A stretch of DNA of 47,463 nucleotides, taken from IMG/VR virus record IMGVR_UViG_3300017963_000091. The stretch is one strand, 5' to 3'. The translations under genes and the position numbers were made by a program. Shown in pieces: positions 15,975-24,052 of this stretch (its first letter is position 1; every line of letters starts with the position of its first letter). The DNA is from a virus. Below the pieces are notes generated by a model that saw nothing but the letters and a program-made list of their open reading frames with translations, was not told where the DNA came from and did not search any database.

Positions 15975-16881
15975 GTTGCTCGCCCCATACTGCCATGATG
16001 TTGTCGTCTATCTGCGCCATACGCCCCCATGCGTATGGTTGGGTCTCTTTGCCGAGCCGTGCGCCGCACCGATGACACGCCTTCGCCTGCCATGAGCCGA
16101 CAAGGTAATCCGACGTGCCGTTGTCGTGCCGCTTCGCTTCCAAGAACACCACCTGATACCAGTCCCCGTTGATGCGAACGTAACCCGAATTGTCCGTGCC
16201 GACGCAGCAGTTCGACGCCACCACGTCGGGCCGCTTGACTTTCACGGGCTTCGGCGCGGGCACGGGCGCGTCGCCCTTGGCGCACCCGTTGAACAGGAAG
16301 GCATAGTCCGCCGCCTTGCCCCAGTGTTCAATCTCTTGGAGATATTGACCGTCTTTCGGTTCGCGCATTCCCGTCAGGTTGCTGCCGTGGCGAATGTCTA
16401 CAATGGGCACAGAAGAAAAGACTTGGTTCGTTGAGTCCGGTTCGGCCCATGCTGGCCCGCCCGCACTCTGTTCCGTCTCCTGCAACTTCTTTTCAATCGC
16501 CGCCCACACCGACCCCTTATCACCGCACAGGCCACTCAACAGCGCGGTATGGCGCGGGAAAAACCCGTGTGCGTTTAGAACCATGACATTCAGGTTGTAA
16601 TAAATCTTGGCACCCCAGTCCGTTTGGAAATGTTCGGCTGGGTACAGCACGTCATCCTCGGCCAGATAAATGTCGTCTGATTGCGCCTTGCGCAACCCGT
16701 CTATGATTTTCCGATAGATGTCCTCGTGCGCCTTCTTGTACTTGCGCGGGCCAACCATCTCGACAACCTCGCCGCCCGTGGCGCGCACCGCTGAATACAA
16801 CACGCTCAGGCAGTATTCCCGCAACACGCCGCTTGCACGCTCGTCAGAGTAGTACACGACGCTGAATTTCGGTGTGCTCAT
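15940..16881 (-). CDS. GT-A-fold glycosyltransferase-like protein (313 aa)
   Basis: GGGAGGAAGAA precedes ATG 16881..16879, which overlaps the TGA of the methyltransferase gene. KFSVVYYSDE... and DDIYLAEDDVLYP (DxD-like). The ORF-track extension to 17136 lies inside the upstream gene. Confidence 0.5.
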   Translation of the reverse strand: MSTPKFSVVYYSDERASGVLREYCLSVLYSAVRATGGEVVEMVGPRKYKKAHEDIYRKIIDGLRKAQSDDIYLAEDDVLYPAEHFQTDWGAKIYYNLNVMVLNAHGFFPRHTALLSGLCGDKGSVWAAIEKKLQETEQSAGGPAWAEPDSTNQVFSSVPIVDIRHGSNLTGMREPKDGQYLQEIEHWGKAADYAFLFNGCAKGDAPVPAPKPVKVKRPDVVASNCCVGTDNSGYVRINGDWYQVVFLEAKRHDNGTSDYLVGSWQAKACHRCGARLGKETQPYAWGRMAQIDDNIMAVWGEQHDSKQLGLGSD

Positions 16882-17378
16882 TTCTTCCTCCCGACGCCCC
16901 AGCAGTCCACGCCGCAGCGCATTGGGGCTTCGTATGCCTCGACCACTTCCATGCCGCCCTGCTCCAGCAGGGCGCGCATCCCGTCCTCCAAGATACGAAA
17001 GCAGTCCAGCGGGTAGCGGTGGGTGTGGAATCGCCTCGGTGCTACGACAAACGCATACCCGCCAGACCGCAGTATCCGGCCAATCTCGCAGACAATCCGC
17101 CACGGATTCCGCGAGTGTTCCAACACCTGTCCGCACAGCACCAAGTCCGCGCTCACGTCGGGCAGGGGAATCTCCATGTCATTCTTCATCACCACGTCCA
17201 CGTTCTTGCCAGTCGTCACGTCTACGCCGATGTAGCTCCACTTGTCGTCCATCAGGTCGCGGTACGTCCCGTTCACGTCCTGTGACCCCACGTCCACAAC
17301 GGCGTACTTCTCGCCGCGCCAGTCGGTAAGGTACTTGTCCATCAGTTTCGCTATGCCGTCGTGGCTTTCCCTGTGCAT
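16878..17378 (-). CDS. class I SAM-dependent methyltransferase (166 aa)
   Basis: VVDVGSQ (motif I), DLVLCGQVLEHS and ILRSGGYAFV give a Methyltransf_11-type layout. Confidence 0.85.
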   Translation of the reverse strand: MHRESHDGIAKLMDKYLTDWRGEKYAVVDVGSQDVNGTYRDLMDDKWSYIGVDVTTGKNVDVVMKNDMEIPLPDVSADLVLCGQVLEHSRNPWRIVCEIGRILRSGGYAFVVAPRRFHTHRYPLDCFRILEDGMRALLEQGGMEVVEAYEAPMRCGVDCWGVGRKK

Positions 17379-17575
17379 CAGTTCCCCTCCTTTTTGTTAT
17401 TGGTTTCGGTTGTGATTGCTCTCCGTCGCGCGTGGAGCATTTGGCGCGCCACCGTAAACGCCCAGTCGGCAGTGGTATCCGTCCAATGTAGGCCGTTGAA
17501 CGAGGACGCCCGGCCCTGCACATACCTCATGGCCGCATCGCTCATAAACTGCTTTTCGTCATCGGTCAACATCAC
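17378..17575 (-). CDS. hypothetical small protein (65 aa)
   Basis: ORF bridging the GT2 and methyltransferase genes, overlapping both. No motif recognised. Confidence 0.5.
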   Translation of the reverse strand: MMLTDDEKQFMSDAAMRYVQGRASSFNGLHWTDTTADWAFTVARQMLHARRRAITTETNNKKEGN

Positions 17576-18548
17576 CTGTCTCCCTCCGCCAGTTCCCGCA
17601 CAATCTTAGAAACGCTTCGTCGGACAGCAGGCAGCGTTCCCGTATCCGCCTGCCGTACTCCCGTAGTTCGGCAGATTGCGACACCGCGTCAAGTACCGCA
17701 CGCGACACACCCGCGTCGGCCATGTGGCCCGCGAACATCTCATACGCCGGATTCTCGAAGAGTATCCGGTACATGGACGCCATTTGCAGGTCTTGCTGCC
17801 CTCGCGTGTTCGTGTACGGCGCGTTGCCGGGGTCGCGGAACTCGTGCGTCACGTTCACCGTGCGGGTCAGCGTGATCGGCACGCAGCACTTCGCCGCGAG
17901 GATGGACATGGCGCACTCGGAATGGCCCGTCGTGCCCGACAGCGCCAGCCAGCCGCCCATGCGTTCAAGCACGTCTTTTGGTATCGCGTAGCACGCGCCC
18001 ATCATGCCCGTCGTTCGCGCCACGTCGCCCTTGTCCGCGCCGCGCCAGTAGACTTGCAGCAGCCCCTTGTCGTTCACTTCCAGCCGCGCACCGAAATGGT
18101 TATTGCAGCCGCCGTAGGCGAAGCCCCGTGTCCGCTTGGCAACGGCGCATATCCGCGTGATGTCGTTCGTCTTGAACCGCATGTGTGCGTCGGTGAAAAA
18201 CAGCACACGTCCATGTGCGGCCAATGCCCCGATGTGTCTGCTGCCCGCGCAGCCCTGACGTGTAATGTTGTAGACCGCCGCGCCGTCCACGCGCCGTTCG
18301 CTCATGTCGTCCACGACGATGATCTCCGCGCCGGGACACGTCTCGCGGATGTTCGCCACGGTATTCGGCAAGTCCGGCTCGTTACACGCCGCGATGATGA
18401 CGGAAATGTCGCTGGCGAGCATCTTGGACTTACACTGGCCGCATCGCTTCGATTCAGCCACGCGCTCCATTGCCAGCAAGCGTTCTCTAAGCGTTGTGCC
18501 CAACAACTGCCCCGTTCTACTCGACCGCCACTCGCTCCATGCGTCCAC
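17559..18548 (-). CDS. family-2-type (GT-A) glycosyltransferase with a D-x-H motif (329 aa)
   Basis: ISVIIAACNEPD ... EIIVVDDMSE ... FFTDAHMRF. This is the classical GT2 N-terminal signature, with DAH at the metal-binding position. Confidence 0.8.
   Translation of the reverse strand: MDAWSEWRSSRTGQLLGTTLRERLLAMERVAESKRCGQCKSKMLASDISVIIAACNEPDLPNTVANIRETCPGAEIIVVDDMSERRVDGAAVYNITRQGCAGSRHIGALAAHGRVLFFTDAHMRFKTNDITRICAVAKRTRGFAYGGCNNHFGARLEVNDKGLLQVYWRGADKGDVARTTGMMGACYAIPKDVLERMGGWLALSGTTGHSECAMSILAAKCCVPITLTRTVNVTHEFRDPGNAPYTNTRGQQDLQMASMYRILFENPAYEMFAGHMADAGVSRAVLDAVSQSAELREYGRRIRERCLLSDEAFLRLCGNWRRETGDVDR
17667..17679 (-). repeat. conserved 13-mer GCAATCTGCCGAA, exact copy 4 of 4
   Basis: Plus-strand ttcggcagattgc. 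It lies inside the 3' part of the GT2 gene (encoding QSAE), about 90 nt upstream of the start of 17378..17575. Confidence 0.9.
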
Positions 18549-19257
18549 GATGCACGACCAGAAAATGATTCACCTTCTCGCCCTCGCGCCGGTCATGGCG
18601 CAACAGGCCATTCCCGCCCCCACCCGTAATCGCTTGCGCATACCGCCCCATTTCCATTGTGAGGAAGTAATGCCAATACCCGCTGAATACGATGTCCACG
18701 CCGCCTACGGAAACGACCGCCTCGATGTCCGGTTGCCCCGGAAGCGTTCGGTCAGACGCCGGAATCTCCGGCAACGGCTTGTGCGTGAACAGGTATCGCC
18801 TGTCGCACGGCACGGCTAGTTCGGCCCGCAACCAGTCGAGCATCGCGGCCCGCTCCGCGCCCGCGAGTTCTGTATTCAGCACAACGTATCGCGTGCCACC
18901 GTCGGCCAGCACGTCGTAGTCGCGCCCGTATCGCCCGCGCCAGAATTCCAACGCGCCCGGTTCGTCAACATCGTGATTCCCGCATACCACATGAACCGGC
19001 ATGTCCAGCCCGGACACAAGCGTATCGAATCGCGCCCAGCCCTCACGCCAACGCGGCCCATGCACCACGTCGCCCACGACGAACAACCTGTCCGCGCCCG
19101 TCGCGTTGATTGCGTCCACCCACGACTCGTCGAAGTCCGACACGGGCAAGTGCAAATCGCCCACGACGGCGAATGATGGCGTCGTGCCGTGCGCCGCCCA
19201 TAGAATCGGGACGGCCAGCACAGCCGCGCAAATAATAGCTAACGCCAGTCGCTTCAT
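18517..19257 (-). CDS. secreted metallophosphoesterase (246 aa)
   Basis: Signal-peptide-like N-terminus MKRLALAIICAAVLAVPILWAAHG, then the GDLHLP, VVGDVVHG and VCGNHD motifs. Confidence 0.8.
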   Translation of the reverse strand: MKRLALAIICAAVLAVPILWAAHGTTPSFAVVGDLHLPVSDFDESWVDAINATGADRLFVVGDVVHGPRWREGWARFDTLVSGLDMPVHVVCGNHDVDEPGALEFWRGRYGRDYDVLADGGTRYVVLNTELAGAERAAMLDWLRAELAVPCDRRYLFTHKPLPEIPASDRTLPGQPDIEAVVSVGGVDIVFSGYWHYFLTMEMGRYAQAITGGGGNGLLRHDRREGEKVNHFLVVHRGRMERVAVE

Positions 19258-19499
19258 CTCAATCTCCCGAATGGGAGTCTATCTCACAATTCGGCCCATG
19301 TCAACTTCGGCCACGCCCAAACGTTCCGCACTGATGACACGCCTTGGATGGCCATGAGATCGTGAAGGTCTTGGACTGATTATCGCGCAGTTCTTTCGCC
19401 TTCTCCGCAAACGCCAGCAGTTCTGCCTTCGTCAGTTGAAACCACGCCACCTGGCACCACGTTCCGTTTACGCGAAGATGCCTCGTACCCTCTTGGTAA

Positions 19500-19679
19500 T
19501 CACAACCTCGACACCTCCACGTCGGGCCTGTTCACCTTCTCGGCAGCGCGCCGCGCAATATCCGTCTCCATGTCTTTGAGCATTCGTTCCCGATGCTCCT
19601 GACAGGGCGCGCAGTCGCCCTTGTTCGCTTTGTTCTTCGCCGCCGCCCGCCGGTAATGCTCCAACCCTTCCCCGGCCAT
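19500..19679 (-). CDS. hypothetical small protein (59 aa)
   Basis: ATG 19679..19677 lies 2 nt after the upstream stop. Basic, helical, contains CAPC. Confidence 0.45.
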   Translation of the reverse strand: MAGEGLEHYRRAAAKNKANKGDCAPCQEHRERMLKDMETDIARRAAEKVNRPDVEVSRL

Positions 19680-19681
19680 GA

Positions 19682-20095
19682 CTATTTCTCCAATCCCGCA
19701 AAGAAGATTTCCTCGCACTTCGCCGCCACGTCGGCGGTAAGGTGCCCGTCACCAACCAATCGCGTCAACTCGTCGCGGATGCCGTCCTGTGTGTCGGGAA
19801 TTGTCCCGTTGAACGCCTTCAGCAGTTCAACAGACGCCGACGCCGCCCGTTCAATGGCCGCTTGGCGTTGTTCCTCCGCACTGGCCGGAACGTCTACGGG
19901 GACAACTCCTTTCCATTTCCCAAGCGGACAATTCGATTCTGGCCCATTCAGGAATTCGTACTCGATAGCCACGCGAAACGCTTTTCCGTTCGCCTCGCAG
20001 TGTGGCCACTTGTCTTTGTATCCCGGCCTAGCTACGCACTCGAAGCACGCTTCACAACGCCGGTGTCGTCCCCAGCCCAACGGTGTCAGTCCCAT
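19682..20095 (-). CDS. hypothetical Cys-rich protein (137 aa)
   Basis: AAGGGTGAG precedes the ATG. The N-terminus has CEACFEC ... PHCE ... NCP. Confidence 0.6.
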   Translation of the reverse strand: MGLTPLGWGRHRRCEACFECVARPGYKDKWPHCEANGKAFRVAIEYEFLNGPESNCPLGKWKGVVPVDVPASAEEQRQAAIERAASASVELLKAFNGTIPDTQDGIRDELTRLVGDGHLTADVAAKCEEIFFAGLEK

Positions 20096-20105
20096 GTCTC
20101 ACCCT

Positions 20106-20789
20106 TTATGAATAAACCGTCTGTGTTGCGGGAAACGTTTCACTACCGCCGCCGCCCAGACACGCGCTGTCGAATTTCGTGTAGAGGCCGTCCGGACAAT
20201 CGCCGTCGCCCGTAGGCGTGCGTTTGTAGTCGGCCTGACCGTGCGGGTCCGGCCCGCCGTTCGTGTAGAAGTAGAGCGGAATCACCCAATAGCCGTCCGC
20301 GCATTTCAGGCGGTCCGTCAGTCCCGCGCGATAGTCGCCGCTTGCCACGGTTGACCCCGTCCACTCGCACTTCGGCCCCGGCGGGAAACCGCCCGTGTAC
20401 TGCGTCAGCGTCATAATGGACCCGGCACCGAACGGCCCGACGCCACACGCGCCCTGATCGCTCACGTCTAAGTAGTAGGTGGATTCGCATCCGGTGCAAT
20501 TGTCGGTCGGGCATGTGCCCGGCGCTGGCGTGGTCGTTGTCGTCGTTGTGGTAGTAGTCGTAGTTGTGGTCGTTGTCGTCGTAGTGGTCGTCGTAGTTGT
20601 TGTGGTCGTCGTAGTCGTTGTGGTTGTCGTGGTCGTGGTAGTCGTTGTCGTTGTCGTAGTGGTCGTGGTGGTAGTCGTCGTTGTGGTAGTGGTTGTCGTG
20701 GTGGTTGTAGTCGTCGTCGTCGTGGTGGTTGTAGTCGTCGTGGTAGTGGTCGTGGTTGTGGTCGTTGCCGTCTTGAGGCAGGGGAACAT
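20106..20789 (-). CDS. poly-threonine (79xThr) protein with a Cys-rich C-terminal domain (227 aa)
   Basis: MFPCLKTA, then 79 consecutive Thr, then a 140-aa domain with 8 Cys (CPTDNCTGC ... KCEW ... KCADGYW ... DCPDG ... ACLGG). The ATG overlaps the TAA of the upstream fibre-like gene (TAATG). Confidence 0.75.
   Translation of the reverse strand: MFPCLKTATTTTTTTTTTTTTTTTTTTTTTTTTTTTTTTTTTTTTTTTTTTTTTTTTTTTTTTTTTTTTTTTTTTTTTTTTTTTTTTPAPGTCPTDNCTGCESTYYLDVSDQGACGVGPFGAGSIMTLTQYTGGFPPGPKCEWTGSTVASGDYRAGLTDRLKCADGYWVIPLYFYTNGGPDPHGQADYKRTPTGDGDCPDGLYTKFDSACLGGGGSETFPATQTVYS
20529..20765 (-). repeat. 237-nt (ACN)79 tract encoding poly-Thr
   Basis: The plus strand is an unbroken run of NGT triplets (ggt/cgt/tgt/agt in irregular order). 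All four Thr codons are used, so this is not a perfect microsatellite. Confidence 0.95.
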
Positions 20790-21370
20790 TAGTCTTGGCT
20801 CACCGTTCGCTTGAGGACTGCCACTACGGTCAACTCTTCCGCCCCGGTGCCCGCGTCATCTACCACGCACTTCAAGAGGTCGTTCGCGCTCAACGCGGTG
20901 GTGCCCAGCACTGCCGGTGTCGCCGCACTCACGCTGCTGCGCTCGGTCGCGTCTATGGTCAACTTCGTGCTGAACACGGTCGCCCACGTCGTCCCGTTAT
21001 CGCCCGATTTCTGCACGTCTATGGTGATCGCGCCGCTGGTCGAGGCCGTCGCCACGGTCGCATGTATCCGGTCAATCGTTGCCGCCGGGTACACCAGCGG
21101 CCAGTATTGCAGGGTGCGGGCCGTAACGGTGCCGAGCGTCCATGCCGCGCTTTCGTAAACGGTATGGGTGTGGGTTGACGCGGAACTCCCCACGTCGTCA
21201 TTGTCTACGTCGTGCGGGTTGTCGGTGTCCTCGACGTGCTGTTCCAGCGCGTCAAGCCGCGTGTCTATGTGCTCGTGCGTCGTGTTCAGGCTGCTCGTCG
21301 TCAGGCGTGCGGCGGCGGCAAGCGCGTACAGCGTGTCGTAATAGTTCGCCACTATCCCGTCTCCGTCCAT
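20789..21370 (-). CDS. tail-fibre-like protein (193 aa from ATG 21370; GTG 21400 also possible)
   Basis: DTDNPHDV (an NPH motif common in fibre proteins) and a Thr/Ala-rich beta-type C-terminal domain. No clear SD for either start. Confidence 0.55.
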   Translation of the reverse strand: MDGDGIVANYYDTLYALAAAARLTTSSLNTTHEHIDTRLDALEQHVEDTDNPHDVDNDDVGSSASTHTHTVYESAAWTLGTVTARTLQYWPLVYPAATIDRIHATVATASTSGAITIDVQKSGDNGTTWATVFSTKLTIDATERSSVSAATPAVLGTTALSANDLLKCVVDDAGTGAEELTVVAVLKRTVSQD

Positions 21371-21546
21371 GTCGTGTCGGGGTCGCTTCGCGCCGTCCAC
21401 GTCGTGCCCGGCTCGTCGTATTTCCGCTTCGTCATGGTCGCGTCGTCATAGTCGGTCACGCCGGATACCGTCGCGGCGTCATCGTCCACGATCTCGAAGT
21501 CCAACTCCGTCCCGGCGCGCGCCGTATAGGTCAAATCAGTTGTCAT
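21352..21546 (-). CDS. small acidic Thr/Asp-rich protein (64 aa)
   Basis: ATG 21546..21544 overlaps the TGA of the adaptor-like gene (TGATG). MTTDLTYTARAGTELDFEIVDDDAATVSGVTDYDD... Confidence 0.45.
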   Translation of the reverse strand: MTTDLTYTARAGTELDFEIVDDDAATVSGVTDYDDATMTKRKYDEPGTTWTARSDPDTTWTETG

Positions 21547-22202
21547 CAACCGTACTCCGGTTTCAGCCAGTAACTACCCGGATGCCGGGTGCTCTCCCCG
21601 AACTGCGGTCGCCAGCCGGGCCGCGACCTGTCCTGAACAATCGCCTCCTTCAAGTCGCGTCGCCACTCGCTCGTCCACCACGCCGCCCGGTCGAATTCGC
21701 CAAGACTCGCGTACAGCCGCGCCGTCGCGTGCTCAATCAGCACATGATCTATCTGGTCAATGTCCGGCGTGTCGTCGTCGTTCGACAAGTCGTCCGGCCA
21801 CTTGACATAGTTGATATACACGGTGTAATCATCGTCCGGCTTCGCGGGCAGTTCCCAGTAATTCCCGTCGCGTGCGAAGCACCACGGCTTCTCCGTGTCC
21901 GCGTCGTCCGGGTTCGGCTCGCGCTCCATCAGCCAGCGTTTGTCGCGCTCCTCAAGCCACTCGCTCTCCGTCCCGCTTATCAGCCGGATGCCGATGAGCG
22001 TTTTCATGTCGGACGGGAACGAATAGCGAAAATCATCCTCGTCCAGCGTGGACTCGAATTCCCGGTAGAGATCGAGCCAGTCGTGGCGCGTGGCGACAAT
22101 GCGCAGCGCGTCGTTCAGCAGCGAGAGAATCAGGGTGTCCTTGTCGTTGCGCCCCGTGTTGTCGGTCACGCGGTCAACGAGTTCAGCTTTCGTCAGAGCC
22201 AT
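21546..22202 (-). CDS. head-tail adaptor / tail-tubular-A-like protein (218 aa)
   Basis: The N-terminal pattern MALTKAELVDRVTDNTGRNDKDTLILSLLNDALRIVA... is typical of adaptor-type proteins. Size is similar to T7 gp11, and it lies in the structural operon. Confidence 0.45.
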   Translation of the reverse strand: MALTKAELVDRVTDNTGRNDKDTLILSLLNDALRIVATRHDWLDLYREFESTLDEDDFRYSFPSDMKTLIGIRLISGTESEWLEERDKRWLMEREPNPDDADTEKPWCFARDGNYWELPAKPDDDYTVYINYVKWPDDLSNDDDTPDIDQIDHVLIEHATARLYASLGEFDRAAWWTSEWRRDLKEAIVQDRSRPGWRPQFGESTRHPGSYWLKPEYG

Positions 22203-22211
22203 GTTGTGCCC

Positions 22212-23234
22212 CTAGAGAAATTCGACATGCGGCGGCGGGTTGTGCTTCATGTTCCACAGGATACGGTTGAACGGGTCGCACCGGCACAGCGGCACACAAT
22301 CGCGGAAGTCTATGCTGTCAATCACGTCCCGCCGACGGTCGCCGTACCAGATGTTCTCAAGCGAGTTCTCGTGGATGTTGCCGAGCGCGTACTTCTCCTT
22401 GCCCCGCATGTGGCAGCAGAGCCATACCGTACCGTCCGCGCCGACGACCGTGGCGAACGCCTGCCCGTAGCACTTGCCGTAGGGCCGACCCGTGTTCCCC
22501 ATGTTGCGGAACTTGTTCTCGCTCCACACCACGGCGTAGTCCTTGCGCGTGTACCCCAACGACCGGCAATACGCCGACTCAATCGCGGGCAGCAGCTTTG
22601 GCTTGTCGAGCGTCTCGTGGAACGGCCTGAATTGCAGATAGTCCACGCCGAGCATGGCGCAGAGCGACGCGCATTTCTCCATCTCGTTTATCGTGTGCGC
22701 GCCGACAAGGAAGCCGACGCCGATAGTCGTTTCCGCGCCGCGCTCGCGCTTCGCCTCGGCCAAGACCCGGATGTTCGTTATCACCCGCTCAAAGTTCTTC
22801 GTCCCGTGTGTCTTGGCATACAACCCCGCCGTCGCGGCGTCGAGCGATACCCGTATCCACGTCGCCCGGAACAGGTCGCCGTATAGTTCCGGGTTCAGCA
22901 GCACCCCGTTCGTAATCAGGCCGACACCCAACCCCGCGTCCACGGCGTACCGCATCGTCGCGGGCGCGGACGTGTGGCATAGCGGCTCCCCGCCGCCCGT
23001 GAATATCAACCCCCTCACCCCCAGTTCCACTGCCTCGTCTATCACGCGCCGCGCCGCGTCCGTTTCGAGCGACGCGGTGGACTTGTACCGCCCGCCCGCG
23101 CAACACGGGCAGTTGTCCGTGCAGCGGTTCGTCATGTCCAGTTCCATCGTGATCGGCGTACCGTCGCCCGCCCGCTTCCATTCCGCCACCCTGTCAGGAT
23201 GGAAGTGCAGCTTGCTTCCGCTGATTGGATTCAT
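22212..23234 (-). CDS. radical SAM enzyme with a Cys-rich SPASM/twitch-like C-terminal region (340 aa)
   Basis: CTDNCPCC (CX3CX2C), GLIFTGGGEPL, and C-terminal Cys clusters CYGQAF...LCCHMRG...CVPLCRC. ATG 23234..23232 is preceded by GGGGAG. Confidence 0.85.
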   Translation of the reverse strand: MNPISGSKLHFHPDRVAEWKRAGDGTPITMELDMTNRCTDNCPCCAGGRYKSTASLETDAARRVIDEAVELGVRGLIFTGGGEPLCHTSAPATMRYAVDAGLGVGLITNGVLLNPELYGDLFRATWIRVSLDAATAGLYAKTHGTKNFERVITNIRVLAEAKRERGAETTIGVGFLVGAHTINEMEKCASLCAMLGVDYLQFRPFHETLDKPKLLPAIESAYCRSLGYTRKDYAVVWSENKFRNMGNTGRPYGKCYGQAFATVVGADGTVWLCCHMRGKEKYALGNIHENSLENIWYGDRRRDVIDSIDFRDCVPLCRCDPFNRILWNMKHNPPPHVEFL

Positions 23235-23403
23235 TTCTCCCCATGTCGTGTACCACGGTAACCGCGCAAAGAATCGCTGCCGCCGTGGCAATGCCCGCGA
23301 AAAGCCCCAAAGCCAGATTGCCCGTCAACCGAAACGCGGTGTAGTTATGACTCGCAACTATCGTCGCTACGACCGTCAGCCCCGTCAGCACCTTGCGCGC
23401 CAT
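23194..23403 (-). CDS. small two-TM membrane protein (69 aa), doubtful
   Basis: MARKVLTGLTVVATIVA...LALGLFAGIATAAAILCAVTVV. It overlaps both neighbours, by 59 and 41 nt. Confidence 0.35.
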   Translation of the reverse strand: MARKVLTGLTVVATIVASHNYTAFRLTGNLALGLFAGIATAAAILCAVTVVHDMGRNESNQRKQAALPS

Positions 23404-24052
23404 CTGTCCTGATGAACCCCATATGCGCCCCCGTTCTCTCCCAAACATCCCGCTCGAAGTATGCCAATACCCCGCTGTTCACCAACCTGTCCGCCGACTC
23501 CTGATAGCCCTTGTGCTTCCAGTCATGTACGATGACGTAGCCGCCCACCGGCACGTCGGGCGCAAACGTCTCCAAGTCCGGCGGGCCGATGTCAAGGTAC
23601 AACATGACGCGCTCCCCGCATCCGTCCGGGTCGGCGGCACGCGGTATCTGACTGACTACCCACCGCCGCCGGTCGCCGTCGTAAACGTCTATCCCGCCAT
23701 ACGCATCGCCCCACAATGGCAAGGCTTTCCGAATGTCATGACCAACATTGCCCGCGTCGCAGGCGAACACGACCGGCTGGCAACTCGGCGGCGAACAGTA
23801 ACGCGCCCGCTTCACGGGCACGCGATTGAGTTGCGCATACATTGCCAAGTACACCGCCTGCACGCCGTCCCCGCAGCCGAGTTCCAGAATGTACGTCGGC
23901 CTGACTGTGCGCAGAAACGCCTCGATCTGCCGCAAGTCGTCCCAGCCCTTCACCACCTGCCGCCCGAACAGGCTCTTGAACTCATATGCGGGCAATGCCA
24001 TCGCAGCCGCGAAGTCGTCAGGGAATGGATAGGTCTTCGTGCCGACGGTCAT
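23345..24052 (-). CDS. class I methyltransferase-fold protein (235 aa)
   Basis: YILELGCGDGVQAVYLA (motif I) and GGYVIVHDW. The ATG overlaps the TGA of the upstream methyltransferase gene (ATGA). Confidence 0.6.
   Translation of the reverse strand: MTVGTKTYPFPDDFAAAMALPAYEFKSLFGRQVVKGWDDLRQIEAFLRTVRPTYILELGCGDGVQAVYLAMYAQLNRVPVKRARYCSPPSCQPVVFACDAGNVGHDIRKALPLWGDAYGGIDVYDGDRRRWVVSQIPRAADPDGCGERVMLYLDIGPPDLETFAPDVPVGGYVIVHDWKHKGYQESADRLVNSGVLAYFERDVWERTGAHMGFIRTDGAQGADGADGRSDDSCES

Noticed and set aside
15940-17136. Long N-terminal extensions in the ORF track (for example 15940..17136, 24049..24912, 31146..33095, 32972..34624, 41269..42327, 2667..3158, 38554..39048)
   Set aside because: The extensions lie inside the upstream genes and are Arg/Gly-rich. 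Internal starts have strong SDs and/or ATGA/TGATG coupling, so I used the shorter coordinates.
19301-19450. Possible 49-aa ORF (GTG start; ...AWFQLTKAELLAFAEKAKELRDNQSKTFTISWPSKACHQCGTFGRGRS) in the 240-nt gap between 19257 and 19500
   Set aside because: It looks protein-like but has no clear SD and an uncertain start. There is too little evidence to call it.
20479-20814. Plus-strand ORF encoding a long poly-valine run
   Set aside because: It is the antisense reading (GTN) of the ACN poly-Thr tract. It has no SD or context on the plus strand, whereas the minus-strand ORF is start-stop coupled to its neighbour and has a real C-terminal domain.
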